NCBI GenBank assembly: GCA_963760795.1
Contig: CAVXEP010000029.1
Coordinates: 288,001 to 352,000, forward strand
Direction: 5' to 3'
Source: an uncultured delta proteobacterium
Lineage (GTDB): Bacteria > Desulfobacterota > Binatia > UBA9968
DNA length: 64,000 nucleotides
Below, piece after piece: positions 54,820 through 62,180 of the stretch (position 1 is the stretch's first letter; every line of letters begins with the position of its first letter). Made by a program: the position numbers and the translations under genes. A model generated the notes under the pieces. The model did no database searches. It was not told the origin of the DNA and worked only from the letters and a program-made list of their open reading frames with translations.

Positions 54820-56337
54820 ATGAGCGTCGTCCAAAGTCCGCTGTTTGAACCGGTTCTCTGGCACGATGGCGGCTTCAAAATTCTCGATGAGATCCAAGTC
54901 CCGCAAAAACTCGAGTACATTGAAGTGACAGAGGTCGCCCAGGCGCTCGATGCCGTGCGCGAAATGAAGACCCGCGCCTTCGGCCAGGTGCTGACCTTTC
55001 TCTACAGCAATGCGCTGGTGGCGCAGCAATACCCGGGCGATGACCCGGCGCCGCTGCGCCTGCGGTTGGCGCAGTTAACCCAGCAATTTTGCGACGTCCG
55101 TCCGACCTTCGATTTTCGCAGTCTCGGCGGTTTCGTCGCTGAGTTTTTCGACAAGTTACCGGCTAATGGCCCAGTTGGCGAAACCATCGCGCGCCAGGCG
55201 CGCGAGTTCGGCGGGCAAATCACCCGGGCGCGCAGCGCCCGCGCTAAACGCACCGCCGCGATCCTGCCCAATCCGGCGCGGGTGTTGACTCATTGTAACA
55301 TCAGCGGCGAGTTGGTCGCGGTGGCGGCTTACTGCAAGGAGCTCGGCAAAGAGTTCTCCGTCATCGCCACCGAAACCCGGCCCTACTTGCAGGGCGCGCG
55401 GCTGACCGCCTGGGAGTTGGCTCAAGCTGGCGTGAAAGTTTCTTTGATCCCCGACTGCGCGGTGGCGCAGGTGATGGCCCAGGGCGAAGTCAACGCGGTG
55501 ATCGTCGGCGCCGACCGGGTGGCGCAAAACGGCGATGTCATCAACAAAGTCGGCACCTACCCCATCGCGCGCATGGCCAAAGTGTACGGCGTGCCGTTTC
55601 ACGCGCTGGTGCAAGATCCGCGTTCGCTCGCGCGCGGCGCCGATGTGGCCATCGAGGAGCGGCCGGCCGAGGAACTATTAGTCTATCATGGCCGCTCATT
55701 GGTCGCCGGCGAGCAAGCGCATCTCAAAGTGCGCTATCCATCGTTCGATCTGACGCCGCAGGAGTTTATCACCAACTATGTCGGCCTGGACGGTCTTTAC
55801 ACACCGGAAACCTTTCGGCTGAAATACCAGGCGGGAGCCGCGGTTGATGCGAGGGTGCCGCGCGCCGGCGCAAAATATTTGCTGATCTACGGCGTGCCGC
55901 CGCCGAGCCAATACGCTTTTTTGCTGAGCGCGTTGAAGGCGGAAAGAGCTGAGAGCTTCTTGGTTCCCGAAATGCGCCCGGAGCTGTGGGGCGCGCGCGT
56001 GATCGTAGCAGAATTGCTCAAGCGCAATGCCCCGACCACGGTGATTTCCGACAACATGATGGGCACGTTGTTCGCGCAGGGTGAGATTGGCAAGCTATGC
56101 TTTTTCTATGACAGTTTGGCGGCCGCGGGACCGCAGGGGATTTGCGGTTCGCTCTTGGCGGTGCAGCTGGCGCATTTGCATGGTGTCCCCATCGAGCTGT
56201 TTAGCGGCGAGAGCCGCAAAGAATCGACTCATGATAGCGATGTGACGACCTTTCTCGGCGAGCCGATTTGTCCGGCCGGCGTCGCGGTACGAGCCGTTGC
56301 GTCGGAAGTGGTGCCCTGGGGTTTATTCAAAAATTAG
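54820..56337 (+). CDS. mtnA: Methylthioribose-1-phosphate isomerase-like protein with an extra degenerate IF-2B domain
   Basis: LTHCN, ETRPYLQGARLTAWEL, VGADRVAQNGDVINKVGTY, IEER, FDLTP; 505 aa versus the usual ~350. Confidence 0.8.
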   Translation: MSVVQSPLFEPVLWHDGGFKILDEIQVPQKLEYIEVTEVAQALDAVREMKTRAFGQVLTFLYSNALVAQQYPGDDPAPLRLRLAQLTQQFCDVRPTFDFRSLGGFVAEFFDKLPANGPVGETIARQAREFGGQITRARSARAKRTAAILPNPARVLTHCNISGELVAVAAYCKELGKEFSVIATETRPYLQGARLTAWELAQAGVKVSLIPDCAVAQVMAQGEVNAVIVGADRVAQNGDVINKVGTYPIARMAKVYGVPFHALVQDPRSLARGADVAIEERPAEELLVYHGRSLVAGEQAHLKVRYPSFDLTPQEFITNYVGLDGLYTPETFRLKYQAGAAVDARVPRAGAKYLLIYGVPPPSQYAFLLSALKAERAESFLVPEMRPELWGARVIVAELLKRNAPTTVISDNMMGTLFAQGEIGKLCFFYDSLAAAGPQGICGSLLAVQLAHLHGVPIELFSGESRKESTHDSDVTTFLGEPICPAGVAVRAVASEVVPWGLFKN

Positions 56338-56350
56338 CTAAGATTTACCT

Positions 56351-57343
56351 GTGGCTAAAATTGACAGTGAAATAATACGCTGGGGCGAGCGGCTCTTCGA
56401 GCGCCGGCTGATCAGCGGCTGGGGCGGCAATCTGAGTTGCCGTGTCGGAGAAAACGATTTCCTCATCACCGGCCAGCATGCGCCGCTCGGTTTCTTAACG
56501 ACGAAAGATTTGGTGCGTATCGACGCCGACGGCAAACCGGTCAAGAAAAGCCAGCGCGCTTCGAGTGAAACGCCGATGCATTTGGCGGTCTACGCCGGCA
56601 CCGACGCTCAGGCGATCGTCCATGTGCACCCGCCGATGGTGCTGGCGTTCTCGTTGTCGCACGACAGCTTCGCGCCGCTCAGCTATGAGGAGAAGTACAC
56701 CATCGGCAAGGTGCCGGTGATTCCCCAGGACACGCCGACGGTGACCAAACCGCAAGCGGTGGTCGAGGCGCTTAAATATAATCCGGTCGCGATCATCAAA
56801 GGCCATGGCACGGTGGCGATCGGCAAAACTTTTCAAGAAGCGTTTCTTTACACCGACCTGCTCGAAGAAGCGGTGCATTGCCAATTCTTCCAAAGCGGCA
56901 TCGCCGGGGAACATAAACCGAATGGGCAAACTGATGCGCCGGTCGCGGCCGCCGCAGTGGGGAAAGTGTATGAGCTGTTCTCGCACGATCATATGGCCGC
57001 CCTGGTCGACAGTGCCAACGGCGACGGTGACTGTCGCCAGTTTGGCGGCGATACCAATCTGACGACATCGCTGACCTTGCACATGGAAGATAGCGATGCG
57101 GCGTGGACGGTGCAGTTCATTGCCGGCGAGATTACCGCGTTAACCGATAAATCCGACGGCGATTTTCTCATCAGCGGCAAGGCCGAATGGTGGCGCGCGG
57201 TGTTCAGCAATAAGATCGATGCATTTTTAGCGACGCAGCAGGGTAAATTGAAACTCAAACGAGGCGAACTGGCGCAGTTGTCGCGCTGGTACAAACCATT
57301 TCAGAGGGCATTTGCGCTATGGCAAACCATACCGATTCACTAG
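56351..57343 (+). CDS. Class II aldolase/adducin domain fused to an SCP2 sterol/lipid-binding domain
   Basis: GGNLS, SSETPMH, HVHPP and GHG give the Zn site; the C-terminal DFLISG...WRAVFSNKIDAFLATQQGKLKLKRG is an SCP2 pattern. Confidence 0.85.
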   Translation: MAKIDSEIIRWGERLFERRLISGWGGNLSCRVGENDFLITGQHAPLGFLTTKDLVRIDADGKPVKKSQRASSETPMHLAVYAGTDAQAIVHVHPPMVLAFSLSHDSFAPLSYEEKYTIGKVPVIPQDTPTVTKPQAVVEALKYNPVAIIKGHGTVAIGKTFQEAFLYTDLLEEAVHCQFFQSGIAGEHKPNGQTDAPVAAAAVGKVYELFSHDHMAALVDSANGDGDCRQFGGDTNLTTSLTLHMEDSDAAWTVQFIAGEITALTDKSDGDFLISGKAEWWRAVFSNKIDAFLATQQGKLKLKRGELAQLSRWYKPFQRAFALWQTIPIH

Positions 57344-58848
57344 GTTTTTACGCCGCTGAAGTTTTACAGCGGACGGCGGCGCGCCAACCGGACAAGACCG
57401 CGATCATCGCCAAGGAAGAGGAGCTGACTTTCGCCGCGCTCAATCAGCGCGTGCAAGCGCTGGCCGGCCACTTGATCGCAGACGGCATCCGCCAGGGCGA
57501 TCGGGTCGGCGTGCTGCTGCCGAACTCCACGGCGATACCGCTCGCTTATTATTCAACCCAGAAGATCGGCGCCGTGACCGTGATCCTCGACGCGCGCTTG
57601 AAGGGCAAAGAGCTAGAAGGCGTGTTGCAGGACGCCGATTTGAAACTGTTGGTGGTGCACCAGACGCTTTATTCGGAGGTCGAAGAGATTTTTAAATCTA
57701 TCGCGCCGATACCGGTCTGGATCGCCGGTGGCACGGGCCAGCGCAGTTTCGAGCAACGTTTGAGCGCGGCCGCCGCGGTGACGGGCTTGCCCAACTTTAA
57801 CCCTGACGACGATGCCTTGATACTTTACACCTCGGGCACCACGGGTGAGCCGAAAGGCGTGGTGCTGACCTATCGCAATCTGCTGCAGTATCCCAAGGTG
57901 ATGGGCGCCATGAACGTCTGCGATGCCACGACGATACGCGGCTGCGTGTTGCCGATGTCGCATATCGTCGGTCCGGTGGTATGTAACGAGTTGGCGGAAA
58001 AGGGTTACACGCTGGTGATCTTCGACCAGATCAATCCAGTTACCTTACTCGAAGGCATTCAAAAATACCGGGTCAATGTTTTCGAAAGCGTGCCCATCGT
58101 GTTTCAGCTTTTGCTCGGCGTGAAAAACTTGGCTAGCTACGACACCAGCAGCATGAAGATCGCCGCGATGATGGGCACGAGCATTCCGATGCCGCTGTTG
58201 CGCGCGTTCCAAACCGCCCAGCCGCATATCAAAGTCATCCAAGGTTACGGTCTGACGGAAACTTCGCCGATGATCACGCTGGTCGAGCCGGGAAAAGCGG
58301 AAGCCAAGATGGGCAGCATCGGCCGCGCCGTACCAGGCGTAGAAGTGAAGATCGTCGATGACAACGACAACGAGGTTCCCATGGGCGAAGCCGGCGAGAT
58401 CATCACCCGCGGCCCCCATGTCATGAAAGGCTACTTTCGCCGCGTCGATGCGACGGCAGAACGCATCCGCAACGGCTGGCTCTACACCGGCGATGTCGGC
58501 AAGGTCGAAGCGGATGGCTACTACTATCATCTCGGCCGGCGCGACGACATGATCATCACCGGCGGTTTGAACGTCTATCCCGCCGAAGTGGAGAATCTGA
58601 TTTACACCTATCCTGGCGTGCAGGAGACCATCGTCTTCGCCATCCCCGATGCCAAGCGCGGCCAAGTGATCGGCGCCGCGATTGTACCGCGGCCGGGCGC
58701 GACGGTGGTCGAAAAAGAGCTGCTGAGTTTTCTGCGCGCCAACCTGGCCAATTTCAAAGCGCCCGACCAGATCGTTATCCGCGAGTCGCTGCCGCGCACC
58801 TCGTCGGGCAAGACGATCCGCGATGCGGCGACGCTGCTGGGGAACTAG
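57319..58848 (+). CDS. Acyl-CoA synthetase (long-chain/class I adenylate-forming)
   Basis: YTSGTTGEPKG, QGYGLTETSP, WLYTGD, GRRDDMIITGGLNVYPAEVE, PRTSSGK; overlaps the aldolase gene by 25 nt. Confidence 0.93.
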   Translation: MANHTDSLGFYAAEVLQRTAARQPDKTAIIAKEEELTFAALNQRVQALAGHLIADGIRQGDRVGVLLPNSTAIPLAYYSTQKIGAVTVILDARLKGKELEGVLQDADLKLLVVHQTLYSEVEEIFKSIAPIPVWIAGGTGQRSFEQRLSAAAAVTGLPNFNPDDDALILYTSGTTGEPKGVVLTYRNLLQYPKVMGAMNVCDATTIRGCVLPMSHIVGPVVCNELAEKGYTLVIFDQINPVTLLEGIQKYRVNVFESVPIVFQLLLGVKNLASYDTSSMKIAAMMGTSIPMPLLRAFQTAQPHIKVIQGYGLTETSPMITLVEPGKAEAKMGSIGRAVPGVEVKIVDDNDNEVPMGEAGEIITRGPHVMKGYFRRVDATAERIRNGWLYTGDVGKVEADGYYYHLGRRDDMIITGGLNVYPAEVENLIYTYPGVQETIVFAIPDAKRGQVIGAAIVPRPGATVVEKELLSFLRANLANFKAPDQIVIRESLPRTSSGKTIRDAATLLGN

Positions 58849-58857
58849 TTCGGAATT

Positions 58858-58961
58858 CACCACGAAGGACACGAAGAGCACGAAGGGCGGAGTTGTGGCC
58901 GCAAAGAACGCAAAAAAGAGTTGCGTCTTGTGCAAGGGGCGGGTTTCAAACCCGCCCCTTG
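58858..58961 (+). repeat. Composite intergenic repeat, copy 1 (9-mer tandem + 19-mer + REP-like hairpin)
   Basis: CACGAAG at 9-nt period three times; CGCAAAGAACGCAAAAAAG (58900-58918); hairpin CAAGGGGCGGGTTT-C-AAACCCGCCCCTTG (58933-58961). Confidence 0.75.
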
Positions 58962-59000
58962 GCATCGCGTCTTAGTTCGAGGTCTTTCTAGGTGCGCCGA

Positions 59001-59333
59001 ATGAAAAAAACTACGGCTAAAGTCATCGACAGCGGCGAAGAGCTGCTGGCGACGTTCACGAGCGCGGCAGGGATCATTCTCGCTGTCACCGAGAACCGCA
59101 ATTGGATCGAAGTGTTTTTCGACGGTGTGATCATGCACACCGAGACCGTTAATCTGCCGGCGGGCAAGCTCTTCAATATCTACGTCGAAGAGATCGCGCA
59201 TAAGTCGACTGTTTACGAGCATCCGCGCACGATGATCTTTTTTGACGGACCGTACAATCTGCGCGTGACGCGCGACGGCGAGCGGGTGATTGTCACCGGC
59301 ACGCCCAACCCACGCGAGAACTTGGCGTGTTGA
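59001..59333 (+). CDS. Hypothetical protein (110 aa, beta-rich)
   Basis: Clean ORF with genome-typical codon usage, bounded by repeat cassettes. Confidence 0.7.
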   Translation: MKKTTAKVIDSGEELLATFTSAAGIILAVTENRNWIEVFFDGVIMHTETVNLPAGKLFNIYVEEIAHKSTVYEHPRTMIFFDGPYNLRVTRDGERVIVTGTPNPRENLAC

Positions 59334-59349
59334 ATCGGAGAAGAAATCT

Positions 59350-59462
59350 CACCACAGAGATCACAGAGTAAAAGATTCGGAACCGGAAAATTAACCGCAA
59401 CGGGCGCAAAGAACGCAAAAAAGCTTGCCGAAATGTAGCGGCGGGTTTGAAATCCGCCCTCT
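59350..59462 (+). repeat. Composite intergenic repeat, copy 2
   Basis: CACAGAG twice at 9-nt period; the identical 19-mer at 59405-59423; degenerate REP GTAGCGGCGGGTTTGAAATCCGCCCTCT (59435-59462). Confidence 0.7.
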
Positions 59463-59468
59463 GGGCTT

Positions 59469-60188
59469 ATGACAACGTGGCCACCACCGCCCGCTGAACT
59501 TCCGCCGCTCCATCGCACTGTCCATGTTTGGGCGGTGCCGTTAAATGACGCGCGCGTCGATCTCGACAGCGGGCGGGAGCTACTCTCGCCGGACGAGCGC
59601 GAACGCGCGGCGCGCTTTCACTTCGAGCAGCACCGGCGGCGCTATCTGATTGCCCATATCGCCCTGCAGCGGATTCTCAGCCGCTATTTACAGATTGACC
59701 CGGCGCAACTGTCCTTTGAACTTGGCAGTAACGGCAAGCCCAAGTTACCAGCGGCACTGGGCTCTAGTGGCATTGAGTTCAATCTCTCCCATTCCAACGA
59801 AATGGCTTTGCTCGCAGTCAACCTCATCGGTGAGGTCGGCGTCGACATCGAGTACATCAAACCCGACTTCAAGTTCGAGGAAATCGCCAAGGAATTTTTC
59901 ACGGCAAGAGAAGTCGTCGCGCTGCTCGGACTTCCATCCGAGCTGCAGCGCCAAGCGTTTTTCAAATGTTGGACCTGTAAAGAGGCCTTTCTCAAAGCTA
60001 AGGGCACCGGGCTGTCGGGCAAGCTGGATGAGGTGGAAATCACTCTTGGCGCTGCGGATCAAGTGCGGATCGGCGCAGATGTGCCGGGTTGGTCGCTCAC
60101 CGAATTGAATTCCATTGACGCTTACCAAGCCGCGCTCGTGGTCGCCGGCTCCTCGGTACCCATCCGTTACTATCTCTGGCAGCCGTAA
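59469..60188 (+). CDS. Sfp-type 4'-phosphopantetheinyl transferase
   Basis: LSPDERERA, GKP, FNLSHS, VGVDIE, FFKCWTCKEAFLKAKGTGL. Confidence 0.93.
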   Translation: MTTWPPPPAELPPLHRTVHVWAVPLNDARVDLDSGRELLSPDERERAARFHFEQHRRRYLIAHIALQRILSRYLQIDPAQLSFELGSNGKPKLPAALGSSGIEFNLSHSNEMALLAVNLIGEVGVDIEYIKPDFKFEEIAKEFFTAREVVALLGLPSELQRQAFFKCWTCKEAFLKAKGTGLSGKLDEVEITLGAADQVRIGADVPGWSLTELNSIDAYQAALVVAGSSVPIRYYLWQP

Positions 60189-60217
60189 TAAGTTATCCGG
60201 TTCGGATCGGGATATTT

Positions 60218-60313
60218 CTCGCGCCAAGACGCAACGCGCGGCACGCGACGGGCCGAAGTTCGTCATTCCGGGCGGCGACCCGGAATCCAGGTTCATGGGT
60301 AGGGCGGGTTTCA
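60218..60313 (+). repeat. Third repeat cluster (CGCAA-type repeat, GTCATTCCGG hairpin, partial GTAG REP)
   Basis: CTCGCGCCAAGACGCAACG; GTCATTCCGGGCGGCGACCCGGAATCCAG (60262-60290); GTAGGGCGGGTTTCA (60299-60313). Confidence 0.6.
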
Positions 60314-60527
60314 GGCGATTTTCTTTCCGGCGCCAGAACGTCCGGCAGCGATAACAATTCCGAGGTAGCCATCCCTCAGTTTCATAAGCTACTGCGCAAA
60401 CCGAAGTCTGTATGTTACCCCCGCTAGGAGTATCAAAACGACTACGCGGTGTAGCAAGCTTGCGACATTTAGAAGATCTAACGAAGAATCTCGCGGCGTA
60501 GGACATTTCCGCATTCAATCCCTCTCA

Positions 60528-61421
60528 TCAAGATTCCACGACCACGAATCTGGCGAACGCCGGCTGAAAATCGAAAGCCAACTTGCCTCTCTCGCCGCCA
60601 CGATTTTTGACGATGTGCAGCGTCAGTGATTGATTGGGTTCGGTGAGCTTTTCGGTTCTTGCTAGATCTTTCTCCATGACCATGATGACATCGGCGCTGG
60701 CTACTTTGTCGGCCCATGCATGCGGCTGGGTTTGATTGGTGGAGCTGACATCCGGCCAGATTACGAGCAGGGGTAGTTTCAAATTCACGGCAAGTTCTTG
60801 CAGTTGTTCGACAATGATGGGCATGCGCACATCCAGGGATTCATTGGCGTCGCCAAGACGCTGGCAGTCATCGATGACGACGAACGGCGGGCCGTCGATT
60901 TGGCGAATCTGGGTTTCGATTTTTTTCAGCGTCGTACTGCGATCACACTCCACTAAGTAGATTTGATCGAGCCAGCTCTTCGCTTCTTCAGCGCAGCGTC
61001 GGAGTTTTTCCCAGCTCGGCGCGAGCTCATCGGCGCTGGCATGGTGCGCTTTGGGCACGCCGTACCAGTGCAGGAGATATGCGCTGCCGCGCCTGATCTC
61101 GCGATTTTCCATGGCACTCAAGCGCGCGAACGTTTTGATACGCAGTTCGATTACACTATCGCTGAAGCTGAAAAAGATCCCCGGTTGATGGTTACGTTGG
61201 GCCACTTGGTCGAGCAGTTGTTTGGCAAAGCTGGTTTTGCCGCAGGCGGGCGCGCCGATGAGCAAGTAAAGGCCGGGCAGGATGCCGTCGAGGGCGCGAT
61301 TGAGATTGGCGAAGCCGGTTTGCCAACCGCTGATCTCTTTTACCTGGCTTTGTCGCTCAAGGGCGTCGAGTGTCTCGGCGAGCTGTTCACCTTCGGAGCG
61401 TAGTGGGGATTGGTCGGCCAT
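60528..61421 (-). CDS. DnaB-like C-terminal (RecA-fold) ATPase domain protein
   Basis: TGFANLNRALDG, Walker A GAPACGKTS, Walker B VVIDD, IVKNRGGERG; no N-terminal primase-binding domain. Confidence 0.8.
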   Translation of the reverse strand: MADQSPLRSEGEQLAETLDALERQSQVKEISGWQTGFANLNRALDGILPGLYLLIGAPACGKTSFAKQLLDQVAQRNHQPGIFFSFSDSVIELRIKTFARLSAMENREIRRGSAYLLHWYGVPKAHHASADELAPSWEKLRRCAEEAKSWLDQIYLVECDRSTTLKKIETQIRQIDGPPFVVIDDCQRLGDANESLDVRMPIIVEQLQELAVNLKLPLLVIWPDVSSTNQTQPHAWADKVASADVIMVMEKDLARTEKLTEPNQSLTLHIVKNRGGERGKLAFDFQPAFARFVVVES

Positions 61422-61555
61422 GGGTTTGCGTCGGAGCTTAGCGAGTTTGCCTGGGTCGAGCAAGGCACATATTTCCATTGACAGCCTCGGGCTTTCCGTT
61501 TAAGCCTTGGCCATTCCCAGCATCGATCGGATCGGAGCCAAGGAGGTTTGCGGCC

Positions 61556-62173
61556 ATGAAGGATGAAAACACAGGCAAAGTCTCACGCCGAGCGTTTCTC
61601 AAAGGCCTCGGTGGCGGCGCCATCGGCACGGCGGTGATTTCCACCGGATTGATTAAAGCTGATCCAGCTGAAGCCTACTCGCCTGAGAGCTCGGGCGGAG
61701 TTGGTATGAGGAAAACGCTCAATCTCAAGGTCAACGGCAAGAGCTACAAAGTAGAAGTCGAGCATCGCAACACGCTGGCTGAAGTGTTGCGTGATCAGCT
61801 CGGGCTCACCGGCACCAAGATCGGTTGCGACCGCGGCGAGTGCGGCGCCTGCACGGTGATCATCGGCGGGCGCAATATGTATTCGTGCAGCCAACTGGCG
61901 GTGTGGATGGAGGGGAAAGAGATTCTCACCATTGAAGGATTAGCCAAGGGCGACAAGCTCGATCCCTTGCAAGAAGCGTTTATCGAACATGACGGACCGC
62001 AGTGCGGCTTCTGCACTTCGGGACAGATCATGTCGGGCAAGGCGTTGCTGATGAAGAACGCGAAACCCAACGAAACACAGGCGCGCCGCGGCTTGTCGGG
62101 GAATCTCTGCCGCTGCGGCAACTACAATCGCGAGGTCGCGGCGGTTTTAGCCGTGGCGGCTAAGGCGCGCTAG
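61556..62173 (+). CDS. Tat-exported (2Fe-2S) subunit of a xanthine dehydrogenase/aldehyde oxidoreductase family enzyme (PaoA-like)
   Basis: SRRAFLK Tat motif; GTKIGCDRGECGACTV; QCGFCTSGQ; GNLCRC; SD AGGAGG. Confidence 0.93.
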   Translation: MKDENTGKVSRRAFLKGLGGGAIGTAVISTGLIKADPAEAYSPESSGGVGMRKTLNLKVNGKSYKVEVEHRNTLAEVLRDQLGLTGTKIGCDRGECGACTVIIGGRNMYSCSQLAVWMEGKEILTIEGLAKGDKLDPLQEAFIEHDGPQCGFCTSGQIMSGKALLMKNAKPNETQARRGLSGNLCRCGNYNREVAAVLAVAAKAR

Positions 62174-62180
62174 GAGGGCG

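Noticed and set aside
58858-59462. Repeats as a mini-CRISPR or integron attC sites
   Set aside because: Only two imperfect units around a whole gene; no cas or integrase gene; no RYYYAAC...GTTRRRY ends seen.
59469-60188. PPTase plus adenylation enzyme as an NRPS/PKS cluster
   Set aside because: No carrier protein, condensation or ketosynthase domain in the window; repeat cassettes separate the PPTase from the operon.
60450-60467. TGTAGCAAGCTTGCGACA palindrome resembling the activator site
   Set aside because: It lies between convergent genes with no credible downstream promoter or gene.
60528-61478. DnaB-like gene as a prophage or plasmid marker
   Set aside because: No integrase, primase, structural genes or att-like repeats nearby.
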